The notes below the pieces were generated by a model, which was not told the origin of the DNA, ran no database searches, and saw nothing but the letters and a program-made list of their open reading frames with translations. DNA of 50,413 nucleotides from assembly GCF_018977255.1 (NCBI RefSeq), contig NW_024705376.1:1-50413 (forward strand). The letters run 5' to 3'. The stretch is from Callorhinchus milii. Its lineage: Eukaryota. Of the stretch, positions 1 through 13,655 are shown piece after piece; the first letter of the stretch is position 1, and each line of letters starts with the position of its first letter. Made by a program: the position numbers and the translations under genes.

Positions 1-941
<941 letters not shown>

Positions 942-1162
942 CAGACCAAGCGACAGCTGCAGACAGAAAAAAATTATATCCACACCACCTACACGTCAGA
1001 CACAGAGTAATGCATATACACAGTCACACGTGACTTACACGTCTATACTTATTCATATATTCATGATGTAGTGAAAAAGTTTCCCAAATTCATCACACAG
1101 GCTGTTATTGCACACAATGAGAGGGCTAATGGTCATAAATATGCCTGGAAGCCCTCGTACTC

Positions 1163-2290
1163 CGTGGTGAGATGTTAACTACCTCGCCTGGTATACAGGA
1201 AGTCGTGGGTTCGATCCCGACCCTGACGCCTGCTGCTGTATATTTGGAGTTTGCGTGTCTCTCTCTCATCATCACGGTGGTGAGATGTTAACTACCTCGC
1301 CTGGTATACAGGAGGTCGTGGGTTCGATCCCGACCCTGACGCCTGCTGCTGTATATTTGGAGTTTGCGTGTCTCTCTCTCTCATCCACGGTGGCTGAGAT
1401 GTTAACTACCTCGCCTGGTATACAGGAGGTCGTGGGTTCGATCCCGACCCTGACGCTGCTGCTGTATATTTGGAGTTTGCGTGTCTCTCTCTCTCATCAT
1501 CGTGGTGAGATGTTAACTACCTCGCCTGGTATACAGGAGGTCGTGGGTTCGATCCCGACCCTGACGCCTGCTGCTGTATATTTGGAGTTTGCGTGTCTCT
1601 CTCTCTCATCATCCGGTGGCTAGGAGATGTTAACTACCTCGCCTGGTATACAGGAGGTCGTGGGTTCGATCCCGACCCTGACGCCTGCTGCTGTATATTT
1701 GGAGTTTGCGTGTCTCTCTCATCATCATCACGGTGGTAGGAGATGTTAACTACCTCGCCTGGTTACAGGAGGTCGTGGGTTCGATCCCGACCCTGACGCC
1801 TGCTGCTGTATATTTGGAGTTTGCGTGTCTCTCTCTCTCATCATCACGGTGGCTGGAGATGTTAACTACCTCGCCTGGTATACAGGAGGTCGTGGGTTCG
1901 ATCCCGACCCTGACGCCTGCTGCTGTATATTTGGAGTTTGCGTGTCTCTCTCTCATCATCATCACGGTGGCTAGGAGATGTTAACTACCTCGCCTGGTAT
2001 ACAGGAGGTCGTGGGTTCGATCCCGACCCTGACGCCTGCTGCTGTATATTTGGAGTTTGCGTGTCTCTCTCTCTCCCGTGGCTGGAGATGTTAACTACCT
2101 CGCCTGGTATACAGGAGTCGTGGGTTCGATCCCGACCCTGACGACGCCTGCTGCTGTATATTTGGAGTTTGCTCTCTCTCTCTCCCGTGGTCGCGTGGAT
2201 TTTCCTCCGAATCTCCCGGGTTTCCCCTCCACATTTAGAGTCAACATCAGCACGCGTGCAGCGTCTTTGACCGATACACATTTCCACACG
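1163..2290 (+). mobile_element. Tandem array of 9 tRNA-derived V-SINE 5' parts; only the last copy continues into the rest of the V-domain
   Basis: Period about 115 bp; each unit has B-box GGTTCGATCCC followed by TGGAGTTTGCGTGTCTCTC. The last unit continues CCCGTGGTCGCGTGGATTTTCCTCCG...GGTTTCCCCTCCACAT, which resembles the V-SINE core. Confidence 0.75.
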
Positions 2291-2520
2291 TATTCTTGGT
2301 TCTTTCGGTAAAGTCACGTAGATAGACAATAACAACAGATAATAACATCAAATAAATGCCACTTGATCGAAACGTCGTGGGGTTTTTTTATTTATTTACA
2401 ATTTTGTTTACTTTTATTCATTTTATTATGTTATTTTTATTAAATTTTCTATCTCCGTGACTTCACCGAAAGAACCAAGAATATGAATTGCTGCAGTTAC
2501 TAAAGTTTTAAGTCAAAACA
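2291..2520 (+). mobile_element. Penelope-like fold-back mini-element (degraded)
   Basis: Inverted TTCTTGGTTCTTTCGGTAAAGTCACG / CGTGACTTCACCGAAAGAACCAAGAA arms, a GAAACGTCGTG remnant and a degenerate one-sided tail. Confidence 0.6.
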
Positions 2521-2862
2521 TTGACACACGTTGACAAAACCCCACCCACCTACCTTGTTGTTGTTGTGGGCAGGTAGCTTCTGTAAACAAGAGCGGTACA
2601 GCAGCTCAAGCGGGCTTGGGCTGGTAAAAAAACGAAAAAAAACTGCGTTAATATCTACAATAAACCAAAGTGACAAAGTAGCGAGCCGCGTGAAGACAAA
2701 TTAAACTTAAGGGAGGGAATTAAAGCAAACGCGACCAGGCGAGGGCAGGAGGCAAGGCCCCGCGTGTCTAGGCCCCGCGTTGTAAAGTTCCAACTTGGAC
2801 ATCGATTCACAAGCTGCTGCTGCTCTAGTGACATCCCTACGAGAGAGAGAGCGAGGCTCTAC

Positions 2863-3200
2863 CTTGGTAAACAACAACCACAACAACAACAACCACAACA
2901 ACAACAACCACAACAACAACCACAACAACCACGACGATGAGAATTTCTCACCTCGGATTTCACTGCACGCGCGGGGCGACAGCTTCCTGTTACCCCGTGA
3001 CGTCACGCGGTAGTAGGTGACATGACGTCACTTCCTGGGCACGAGACACGCCCCTCCTACAACGAGCGGCTCTGTAACTAAATATGAATAAATTATGTTA
3101 ATGAGACCGTCGCAATAAACTGGTGACGGCTTTAACGAACTCTTTATGTTAATGAGCCGCCAGTCACTGGGCGTGGCTTTGCCCAAATAAGGATTGGCAA
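2863..3200 (-). promoter_or_regulatory. Promoter and first exon of ZNF-A
   Basis: Minus-strand CAGGAAGTGACGTCA (ETS-CRE, ~3023-3037), second CRE at 2998-3005, GC-box GGGCGTGGC, CArG CCAAATAAGG (3183-3192), ATTGG. Donor CCAAG|GTAGAG at 2863/2862. Region is homologous and inverted to 36630-36948. Confidence 0.7.
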
Positions 3201-3214
3201 CTGGAACGATTTCT

Positions 3215-3390
3215 CGATCGAACCCACGACCTCCTGCGCACCAGGCGAGGTAGTCAACATCTCCTCGCCACCGTGATGATGATGAGAGAGATGCAGACTC
3301 CAAATATACAGCAGCAGGCGTCAGAGTCGTGATCAAACCCACGACCTCCTGCACACCTGGCGAGGTAGTCAACATCTCCTCGCCACCGTG
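3215..3390 (-). mobile_element. V-SINE head fragments (two units)
   Basis: Reverse complement of the 1163-2290 unit. Confidence 0.7.
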
Positions 3391-4332
3391 GTGCCCATCT
3401 GCATGCCCACGGCGTAGAAGAGTCCTTCATCCGGCAGTGGACTGACAAAGGCCTCCACATATATGATAAGTGTTGATAAAACATATTTTCAGTGTTGATA
3501 AAAATGTAGTCCACGCGTGCGAGGACGTCGATATTTCCCTCGACTCGCCGGCGAGTGGCGAGCCCGGCTCGCTGACGAGGCACCGGATGTCGAAGCCGGT
3601 CCAGAGTTTCGCGCAACGCGCCGAACACAACGCGCTCGGAGAAGGCCGCGTGGCTGCCGGGATGTGTCACGAGGAGGAGGCGACGACGTCGGCTCGTTGA
3701 CGATGATTTGTTTTGACCGCAACTCTCAAACACCCACAATCAGTCACCACGCCGACGTCGCCCCGATGTCGGCACGAGGTCGGGACCATTTGTGGGCTGG
3801 GGACGGGAGGCGACTCTCGCCGGCGGTCGAGACTGGTGACGGAGCCGCAGCCAAAGGAGGCAGGTCACAGGGACGTACCGCACCGTGGAGATGGAGCGAT
3901 GGAAATTGAATCCGCTCCCGTGTAGAGGGGAGTGGATTTCCGTCGTTGCTGCTGTTGCATTGCGAGCGCCGTGTGAGAGTTGGCGGGGGGAGGGGGGGCG
4001 CCTTGGGGATGAGGCTTTTTGTCCAGCAGTGGATAGACCAGGGCTGATGATGAGTTTTATACCATTCGTGTTGTTGGTGGTGGTGGTGTTGGTCACCAAG
4101 TTATTCGGTGTGCAATAATTCACTTCGGATGGATGTGTTGTACGTTGAACTTCTTTCGCACCGTACGTTGAATAACTTTATCCAACCGCACCCCCCCCCC
4201 CTGTACCCCTCCTCCTCACCCAGCAGTAGACAGAGTTTACCCTACGCGATGTTGACTCTAGACGTGGGTACTGCGAAATGCATTGTTCACGGCTCTCATC
4301 GGTGACAAGTGACGTCAGAGCCACGTTTGAAC

Positions 4333-4735
4333 CTTCCCTAGGTGGACTCAGCCTTAAAGTAGTTCCCCGGTGCGGTGTGGCAAACACCAGCATTTGGGAT
4401 GACAAAGGCGGCCAAGCCGTGCTGCTCGTCACACCGAATGGCCTCACAACCTTCACTTACAGACAGCAATAAGACAAAGTCTACACAGGGGTGGGGTGGG
4501 GTGCTTTGTGCAAGGTGCAGTGCTGGCGTGCACGCCGTGTGAGTCCAGATGGACTCAGTCTGGAATGAGTCAGCTGGCGGAGTGCGTAGACACCGCCACT
4601 GGGAAGACAAAGGCGGCCAGGAGTGGTGCTGGCCACCCCTAAAGCACTCGGGTGACGTCTCGGGCCTTGGCTGGGTGATCCTCACGAACAGCACTTGCCC
4701 CTCCAGCCTGCGATGTCTATACGGGGGATCTTTGT
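4333..4735 (+). mobile_element. Degraded tandem copies of the second tRNA-derived SINE family
   Basis: CCTAGGTGGACTCAGCCT, GACAAAGGCGG and CTATACGGGGGATCTTT motifs shared with 9433-10036 and 25113-25405. Confidence 0.55.
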
Positions 4736-4854
4736 CTTAGCTTTGTTTGCGTGTGTACGTGTTTATATTCGTGTGTGTGTACGTGTGTGTATGTGTATAT
4801 GTATGTGTGTGTGTATGTGTGGTGTATGTGTGTGTGTGTATGTGTGTATGTGTC

Positions 4855-7213
4855 AGCCAGGGTTTCTGGGAGGTCTGGTATGCGGTCCAGACCCCCAGAA
4901 CCTGGCTGAAGGAGGAGGTGTTCAGGTTAATTGAGAAAAAGCGACAGGCCCACTCTCATCGGCTACAGCATCCCACGTCGAGAATGAGGAGGTTTACGCA
5001 GCCTTCGCTCGGAGGTTCGGAGAGCGTAAGGCGCTGCAAGGATGGGTGGTGGTCGTGGGTTCTGAGGAGATGGAGTCTGCCTCAGTGGCCCGCGATCACA
5101 AATCACTATTTAACTCCATAAAAAAGTAACCTGCAGCGCCACACCTATTACCATCATTAGGGGAAAAAACGGTATCCAATCTCCGACCCCCAGGAACAAG
5201 TTTGCAGATTTGCTGAGCATTTCTGTGAGGTCCTGGGGAGGGAAATCTCTCAGCCAGGAAAACATCATGGCACAAGTGGGGATAACCCTGCTGAGGCTGC
5301 GGTGCCTCAAATATTGGAAGAGGTCACCCCCTGTGAGTGGCTGGCTGAGGTGCCAGCTGTTGAGGAAGTACTGAAGGCGATCCGGAGTCTGAGACCAGGA
5401 AAGGCACCGGGCAGAGATGATCTCCCAAGCGAAATGCTGAGGGAGGGTGGCGTTTGTGCACAGACTGCCCTATATGACATCATAACAACAGTCTGGACCA
5501 CTGGACGGGTTCCGCAGGATTGGAAGGATGCCCTGGTGGTGCCCCCTCTTTAAGAAGGGGGACCGCACAGACTGTAACAACTACAGGGGCATCTCACTCC
5601 TCAGTGTGCCGGGAAAGGTCCTGGCAAGGATTATTCAACATCGCCTTGCTAGGCACGCTGAGGAGAGGCTTGCGGAGCCCCAATGCGGTTTCAGGAAAGG
5701 GCGGTCCTGCACAGATGCCATATTTTCTGTCCGTCTGCTACAGCAGAGGTGTAGGGAATTCCAACAAGACCTACATCTCTGCTTTATTGACCTGGTCAAG
5801 GCCTATGATACCATCAGTAGGCCTGGGCTCTGGGTTGTTCTTCGTGCTTTCGGAGTCCCTGACCCTCTGCTCACGATCATTAAGGACCTTCATGATGGTG
5901 AGCGGGCCCGGGTAAAACTACGTGGCCGGGAGTCGGAGCCATTCCCTGTACACCTTGGGGTGCGACAGGGATGTCCTCTGGCTCCCACATTATTTAACAT
6001 CTATTTCGACCACGTAGTTCGTGAAGCCTTCAATAGCTGTACCGGAGGAATTTCCATCTGGTACAGATATAATGGGAGGCTGATCGATGCCCGGGTGCGA
6101 TCAAGGGATGGCTCCCTATTGGTCAACCACGTTATGTATGCCGATGATTGGTAATAGCTGCTCATTCAGAGAGGAGTTGGAGACGCTGCTGCTGAGACTG
6201 GAGCGTGCCACTAAGAGGTGGGGCCTTACCATCAGCCCCACCAAAACTAAGCACCTGCCTGGGTATTTTGTACCATCGGACACTCCACCCCCACAACTCC
6301 CAATCGGTGATGGGGCAGTTGTGGAGAGAGTGGAGAGTTTCCCATACCTGGGCAGTGTGCTATGACCGGCTCCAGTTTACAGCAGAGGTCTCACTCCGAA
6401 TCAGTCGAGCGGCAATATCTTTTCATCGGTTGCGTAACGCTGTGTGGAAGCTACCTGGTCTGTCGCTCCGCACGAAGCTTCAGGTCTTCTCGGCCACGGT
6501 CATTCCCTCCCTTCTCTACGCTTGCGAAACGTGGACCCCCCTAATGGAGCATCTTCGCCGGTTGAAACATTTAGGCTGGCCTGCCTACGATCCATCCTGG
6601 GTTTAACCAGGCTGGATTGTGTGAGGAGCTCACAAATCCTTGAAAGATCTGGCAAAGTCCCATCGGTGAGCTCCTCCGGCAGGCAAGGCTGCGTTGGCTG
6701 GGTCATGTAGCCCGCATGCCCAGCCACCGCATGCCTAAACAGCTTTTGTTCGGCCGGATCGAGGGGGCTAAACGGGCGCGGCACGGGCTAGAGAAGAGAT
6801 GGAGTGATGTGGTACAGGAGGACGTGGAGCTGAGTGGACTTGCCGATGACTGGTACCAGCGGTGTCAAGATCGGCCTCTGTGGAGGAGGCTCGTGAAGGA
6901 CGCTACTGGGCAGTTGGAGGCAGTCGCCCTCCAACAACAACGGAGGGCGGAGGAGCGACGCTCACAACAACGAGCGGAGCGCCGGGTGGCTAAAGCACAG
7001 CAAGTTGGCACAGTAGGGGGCACAGGTGGTGCATCAGCCAGTCATCTCGGTCATCTCGTCAGTCGACCCGTGGCACCTGGGTCTGCCCCGTGACCTCCTG
7101 CCAGCGGGCGTTCGACACTTCACGTGGCCTCAAGGTGCACATGGCCTGGCACAAGCGTCGTGGTGACGTCACCGCCACTTAGTGGCGAATGGCGGTTGTT
7201 GTTGTGTGTGTGT
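4855..7213 (+). mobile_element. RTE-like non-LTR retrotransposon, 5'-truncated, frameshifted (copy 1)
   Basis: RT motifs [59 protein letters not shown] spread over several frames. Short 3' UTR ends in (TTG)n(TG)n. Preceded by a GT-rich microsatellite. Confidence 0.9.
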
Positions 7214-7281
7214 AGAAGCCATTGATTTCCCAATCCATCAAATAATACTTTTACATTCAGGTCTAGTTATGCAAGTTTATT

Positions 7282-7385
7282 TCGATTTAAAGCTTTCGTG
7301 ACTGCAGGGATTCATCTTCTTGGTTCTTTTCGGTAAAGTCACGTAGAAGGGAAATAATAAAATAATAAAATTTAACATAATAAAT
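7282..7385 (-). mobile_element. Penelope-like mini-element terminus
   Basis: TTTCGATTTAAAGCTTTCGTGACTGCAGGGATTCATCTTCTTGGTTCTTTTCGGTAAAGTCACGTAG, the family terminus. Confidence 0.6.
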
Positions 7386-7473
7386 AGGAAATTATTGCAT
7401 TTTTTTCCATGGTGGCAAAAGAGCCTCTGCCATCTGGGTTGACCCATGCAGCCTCCATCTATGTGGCGCTGTA

Positions 7474-7690
7474 GTGGCTATGAGATGTTAACTACCTCGC
7501 CTGGTATACAGGAGGTCGATGGTTCGAGCCCACGGTGGCTAGGAGATGTTAACTACCTCGCCTGGTATACAGGAGGTCGTGGGTTCGAGCCCAACCCTAA
7601 CACCTGTATGTTTGGAGTTTGCATGTCTCTCTCCCCGTGGTCGCGTGGATTTTTCTCCAGGTCCTCTGGTTTAACCCTCCACATTTAGAC
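7474..7690 (+). mobile_element. V-SINE with duplicated head
   Basis: Two GAGATGTTAACTACCTCGCCTGG...GGTTCGAGCCC heads followed by V-domain-like sequence. Confidence 0.7.
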
Positions 7691-8719
7691 ACAGTGTGTT
7701 TAGAGTATGTTGGTCCTGTAAGTGTGCACGTGACAAGCCACTTTGTTGGGCTATCACTTGTGGCCAGCTCGCTTCTGTGAACAGCTGTTTCGCACAGTGG
7801 GCCTGACCTGGTGACATACGAAAGAGTTTATAGTTTTAGATTAGAAACTTCTGATGTCTGTGAAACATCCCGTCAATAAAATATGTACACCTTTTTGGGG
7901 AACCAAGATTGGTTGTCCTGTGAAAGGCATCTCCTACATCATGGCGATGTGGATTTTTCTACGTCCATCCAATGGATTTTCACCACTGGCTGAAGGACAT
8001 CAATTGATATGATCGCCATCCTATTTCCCGTTTACAGGCATGGGATATTTAGTCTGACGTGAATGTTAACAGGGCATGCAACCGACGAGAAACAGCTGGA
8101 TGCATGTTGTTGTAACTGTGTTCATGGCGACTGTGTGTCTGTGAAGGTCGGAGACTTCGACCTTCTACCGAGGGCCGGGTTTGACCGATGGCAGGCGGCC
8201 AAGCTGCAGCTCCTCACCGCTTCCGGGGGCATCTGTGGAGCCGTGTTCACACTCACCGCCCAGTCCGCACAGGGCGCGGGTCGGCTGTGCGTGTGTGGCT
8301 TTGTCTTTGTGACATGGGGCAAGTCGGGGTTGTCGTATTGCGGCTACTTGCCTCCGCGCACTCTCCTACCAATCCGCGCTCACCTTGCTCTGCTCCCCTC
8401 CGTGCACGCCCAGACCTCTCCCCGCTAACCTCATTCTTCTGTCTCTCCCCTTTACACTTTGCAACAGCTGTGGGATTTAGCAAAAGGAAACGATTGCAAT
8501 GTGTGGTGACCTCTTGCCGTTGACCTTCGAGGTCACCGTGCACCCGTCGCCGCGCTGCACTCCCAGCGAGTGGCATTCCACGTCGCCTGCGCAGGAGACT
8601 GACGTTTGCTCGCCGCACGTTTACCTGGATATTCCATCCCGAGCCCGGCCACTTGCCCTTGGGTTGTACCCACCACGAATGTCTATCGCACCCCCACAGG
8701 ATGCAGGCCGCTACCCTAT

Positions 8720-9050
8720 CGCACACACACGCGTGCACACACACGCGCACACACACACACACGCACGCACACGCGCACACACAACACACCGCGCGCACAC
8801 ACACGCACGTGCACACACACACGCGCACGCACACGCACGCACGCGCGCACACACACGTGCGCACACGTGCACACACACGCACGCACACACACACACGCGC
8901 GCACACGCACACACACACACGCGCACACAACACGCACGCACACGCCGCACACACACACGCGCGCGCACACACACACGCACACACACACGCACACACTATA
9001 TACACACACACGCACACACACACCCACGCGCACACACACCCACGCATATA
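8720..9050. repeat. (CA/CG)n microsatellite
   Basis: Visible directly in the sequence. Confidence 0.95.
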
Positions 9051-9094
9051 TAGTAGCTACTACACGTGTAGTAGCTGCACGGCCACGTCCGCGT

Positions 9095-9350
9095 CGCTGT
9101 GCGTGCCAGGCTAGGTGCACTTCTGAGGCCACGTGAAGTGTCCGCAAGGCACCGCTGGCAAGGAGGTGGTGGGGGGCACGAGACGGAACCCAGGCGGCGC
9201 TACGGGTTGAACGACTTTGGGGGGCGGGGGGGTGCCATTGCCAAGGTGGTAGCACCAGCCGCGTTTTATCCACCCGGCGCTCCGGCGTTGTTGTGAGCGG
9301 CGCTCCTCTGCCCACCGATCTCCACCCCCCCAACCCGCATTGCCGCTGTA
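9095..9350 (-). mobile_element. Diverged 3' fragment of the RTE-like LINE
   Basis: Reverse complement resembles GACACTTCACGTGGCCTC...GTGCAC...GCCTGGCAC and GGAGCGxCGCTCACAACAACG of the LINE 3' end. Confidence 0.6.
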
Positions 9351-9432
9351 GCAAGCAAGCGACTTACGTGGCTTGTGTGTGCATACGTACACTCTGTGTA
9401 TACATATGTAGAGTGTATACAACACAACGATA

Positions 9433-10036
9433 AAGATCCCCCGTGTAGCCTTAACAGACTGGAGGGGAATGCAGTTAGTGAGCAACTATGAAGGCCGGTA
9501 CGGTACACGCCCGACCGCCTTTGTCTCTCCAGTGGCGATGTATACACCCGACCAGGTACTAATTTGAGGCTGAGTCGACCTAGGGGAGGCCCAGGACCGG
9601 TTCAGATAATCGTCACCGGTGTTGGCCGTGAGCGGGAATCGAACCCGGGTCGCTAGGTTCATAGCGCAGCGTAGCGCTAACCGCTACACCACCACTCCCC
9701 CACACGCAACACACACACGCACACGCACACACACGCGCACGCACACACGCACGCACACGCACACACCTTGACACGCACACACACGCACACACACAGCGAC
9801 ACACAAAGATCCCCCGTGTAGCCTGTAACAGACTGTAGGGGCAAGTGCCGTTAGCGAGTAGCAGCACCTATGAAGGCTGACACGGCACACGAGGGGGTGG
9901 GTGTCCAGCACCACGCCCGGCCGCCTTTGTCTCCCCAGTGGCGATGTTTACACACCGCACCAGCTACTCATTTGAGGCCGAGTCTACCTAGGGGAGGCCG
10001 TGACCGGTTCAGATGTTGGCCGCGAGCGGGAATCGA
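9433..10036 (-). mobile_element. Two copies of a second tRNA-derived SINE family with (GT)n tails
   Basis: On the minus strand: A-box-like TGGTGTAGCGGTTAG, B-box GGTTCGATTCCC, body CCTAGGTCGACTCAGCCTCAAAT, and a GGGGGATCTTT end. Confidence 0.75.
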
Positions 10037-10089
10037 GTCTGTCTAATGGTTCCGTGACTCAGCTGTGACAATTGTCAGGATGATATTTT

Positions 10090-10345
10090 GTATTCTTAGG
10101 TTTTTTTTTCGGTAAGTCACGTAGGTAAACATCAAAATTAATGAAAATAAAATAAACAAAAATCACGACGTTTCGGAGGCAACACAAGTCTCCGTCATCA
10201 GGTGGGGACTTGTGTTGCCTCCGAAACGTCGTGATTTTTGTTTTATTTTATTTTCATTAATTTTGATGTTTACCTACGTGACTTTACCGAAAAAAACCTA
10301 AGAATATGAATCCTTGCAGTCACGAAAGCTTCAAATCTAGAAATT
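10090..10345 (+). mobile_element. Penelope-like fold-back mini-element with one-sided tail and TSD
   Basis: Near-perfect ~100-bp inverted arms; tail GAATCCTTGCAGTCACGAAAGCTTCAAATCTAGA on the right only; ATATTTTGT repeated at 10083-10091 and 10346-10354. Confidence 0.75.
10163..10205 (-). ncRNA. Minimal type I hammerhead ribozyme
   Basis: Minus strand CAC-CTGATGA-C-GGAGAC..GCCTCC-GAAA-CGTC-GTG. Confidence 0.65.
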
Positions 10346-10602
10346 ATATTTTGTGTTTCTCCTGGAGGAAGCCGACGTGCTTTGCAGCCCAGTGGGGGCG
10401 CTGGGTCAGACTGCACCGCGGCAGAAAGTCGCAATAAAAACCACGACGCCCCGTCAGTCTCACGCGACGCATTCCTCTTCGCCCTCGACTGCTCTCATTT
10501 TTATCTCGCGGATTCTTCAGTCGTGATTTGAAGCCTTCGTGACTGCAGGCATCGTTCCATACTCTTTGGTTCTTAAGTCACACGGGTGAAAAAAAACTCT
10601 AT

Positions 10603-11396
10603 GGCATAGACTCAGCACTGCCCATAGACTCAGCACTGCCCATAGACTCAGCACTGCCCATAGACTCAGCACTGCACCATAGACTCAGCACTGCCCATAG
10701 ACTCAACACTGCACCATAGACTCAGCACTGCACCATAGACTCAGCACTGCCCATAGACTCAACACTGCACCATAGACTCAGCACTGCCCATAGACTCAAC
10801 ACTGCACCATAGACTCAACACTGCACCATAGACTCAACACTGCCCATAGACTCAACACTGCCCATAGACTCAACACTACCCATACACTCAGCACTGCCCA
10901 TAAACTCACACTACCCATAGACTCAACACTGCCCATAGACTCAACACTGCCCATAGACTCAACACTGCACCATAGACTCAACACTGCCCATAGACTCAAC
11001 ACTGCCCATAGACTCAACACTGCACCATAGACTCAACACTACCCATAGACTCAACACTGCACCATAGACTCAACACTGCCCATAGACTCAGCACTGCACC
11101 ATAGACTCAACACTGCACCATAGACTCAACACTGCCCATAGACTCAGCACTGCACCATAGACTCAACACTGCACCATAGACTCAACACTGCACCATAGAC
11201 TCAACATTACACATAGACTCAACACTGTCCATAGACTCAACACTGCACCATAGACTCAACACTGCCCATAGACTCAACATTGCCCATAGACTCAACACTG
11301 CACCATAGACTCAACACTGCACCATAGACTCAACACTGCACCATAGACTCAACACTGCACCATAGACTCAACACTGCACCATAGACTCAACACTGC
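10603..11396. repeat. 19-20 bp minisatellite (CATAGACTCARCACTGCAC/C)
   Basis: About 40 tandem units visible. Confidence 0.95.
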
Positions 11397-11852
11397 CCCC
11401 CCCGCACCCCCGTACCCCCTGTACCCCTCCTCCTCACCCAGCAGTAGACAGAGTCTACCCTACGCGATGTTGACTCTAGACGTGGGTATTGCGCAACGCA
11501 TTCCAGGATTGTGAAACTTAAATCCGCACAGCTCAGCGGGAACCATCGACTATTCGCCAGAGTCGAGCCAGCCCTTGCAAGGGGCGTGTTGAGTCAACAG
11601 AGCTGAGTCTACACGGAGCCCTGGAACACAGACGCTGCTGCAGTCAAGCTGCTGGTGCTGGCTGGGTTCTTGCTGGGCAACTGCTGCTCCACCATTGCTG
11701 TGGTGCTGGGACTGACACCTCCACAAGCAAGTCTCTCATCACCACCTCCTCCACCTCATCCTCCTGCTGTGTGGGTGAGTGAGCGAGCGAGTGGGGGGTG
11801 AGTGTGTGCGTGTAGGCCCGGCAAGGTGGAGGTTAAAGGGAAAAGCAGCGAT

Positions 11853-12043
11853 TCTAGATTTGAAGTTTCGTGACTGCAAGGGTTCATACTCTTAGCGGGT
11901 TGTTTTTCGGTAAAGTCACGTCGGTAAAAAAAATAAAAAAAATTATAATAAAATAAAATAAAAATACATCGACTTATTTTACGTATTATTATTTATTTTT
12001 CTTATTTAACCTACGTGCCTTTACCGAAAAAAACTAAGAGTAA
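11853..12043 (-). mobile_element. Penelope-like fold-back mini-element
   Basis: Tail on the left, inverted TTTCGGTAAAGTCACGT / ACGTGCCTTTACCGAAA arms, degenerate flanking duplication GAAAAGCAGCGA / GAAAAACAACGA. Confidence 0.65.
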
Positions 12044-12474
12044 GAAAAACAACGAGACTACTTTTACCCTTACCACATACAAATAATCCGATTACAGGGT
12101 AATTACTGCGGTACTACTACACATGCACAAGGTCTATAGCGGTACATGCTGTAGGTAGAGCGCCTTGTCCATATAGATACTCTCCATGATTCCAATTTTA
12201 CACGTTGTCGTGTCGTTGTTTTTGTATCCTCAAATCGGTTAACTCAATTTTAACCCACTTCCCAATGTGGCATCGACTGCAAACTTGATATACTTACGTC
12301 ATACTGATGACAACACTATATTCTATCATTAAAATATTTAAAAATAAATATTTTTAAACATTCTTTTATTAATGTTACGTGTCGGCTTGGGTCAATTGTC
12401 CACGCTCAACTAACGTTGGCTGTAATTGGCCACGGGTGAATGCATTTATGATACGTAGCTTGAGCGATTTTATT

Positions 12475-12795
12475 TACTACATTACACTAATATACACTAC
12501 ACTATACACTATTACTATACACTACACTATTACTATACACTACACTATACACTACACTATACACTACACTATACACAACACTATTATTATACACTACACT
12601 ATACACTAACTATTACTATACACAATATAAACTACACTATACACTATATATACACTACACTATTACAATACACTACACTATACACTACACTATTACTATA
12701 CACTATTACATACACTACACTATACTATACACTACACTATACACTACACTATACACTACACTATTACTATACACTACACTATACACTACACTATG
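12475..12795. repeat. (TACAC/TATAC)n simple repeat
   Basis: Visible directly; a similar tract lies at 35080-35215. Confidence 0.95.
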
Positions 12796-13094
12796 ATACG
12801 TAGCTTTAGCGATTTCATTTCAATGTTACCACGATATGATATATTCAATGTATGTTAAAAGTGTTATTTTATATAGCAGATAGGATTGTTTCCTAAATAA
12901 GCTTTATATTAATTTGCAGTTCATATAGGTAGGCTAAGAATTTACCTTGGTTTTTTTACTTTAAATGTTACTGTGCAATACAGTATTGTAATTAATAAAC
13001 ACACACAGGATATAGTCTATACAGTACGCTACTGTAACTTGCTCTGTTTTGCTAGATTACCACCACCCTGTAAGACTCCTGGCTAGGCTAGAGG

Positions 13095-13150
13095 CCATCT
13101 TCGACTTACGATATTTTCGACTTACGATGATAGGGTCGTTGTAACACATC
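13095..13150 (+). mobile_element. Possible Tigger/pogo-type terminal fragment
   Basis: TTTTCGACTTACGATG...CCATCGTAA resembles Tigger-family subterminal sequence as recalled; no alignment was run. Confidence 0.35.
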
Positions 13151-13457
13151 TCCATCGTAAATAGAAGTGACATTCAGATCGACATCACATGCACCATCCA
13201 TCTGCACTGCTCCTTCTGCTGCTGCTGAGTTCAACAACTCGGCAGAATCAGTGTCACCGCCACGCAAAGTAGAGGAAAGGTAAAACCATCATTTCATGTA
13301 TTTATAAATACTTATTCAACTTAACTAATTCGTTATCTATATACAGATAACATGAAAACACGATATTGTTTTATCGATATACAGATACAGCTAAACTACG
13401 TGTTATCCATATACAGATACAACTAAACTAGATTTAATCGGTATACAGATAATTGAT

Positions 13458-13655
13458 ATACTCTTAGGTTTTTTTCGGTAAAACTACGTAGGTAAGAAAA
13501 GTTATAAAATTACAATAAACGAAAAATAACTCAATTGTGATGTAATTTAGTTATTTTTCATTTATTATAATATTTTTCTTATTGTTTTCCCTACGTGACT
13601 TTACCGAAAAAACCTAAGAGTATGAATCCTTGCAGTTACGAAAGCTTCAAATCTC
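13458..13655 (+). mobile_element. Penelope-like fold-back mini-element
   Basis: CTCTTAGGTTTTTTTCGGTAAA / TTTACCGAAAAAACCTAAGAG arms plus the right-hand tail. Confidence 0.7.

Noticed and set aside
1163..2290. tRNA gene cluster
   Set aside because: Units have a B-box but no complete cloverleaf, and they continue into V-SINE sequence.
7690..8720. Possible exon or LINE 5' region
   Set aside because: No recognisable motif or consistent splice signals, so left unannotated.
8253..9354. Long ORFs rich in VC/HT/AR
   Set aside because: Translations of (CA/GT)n microsatellites; likewise 21493-22822, 24373-24959, 28951-29649 and 35876-36513.
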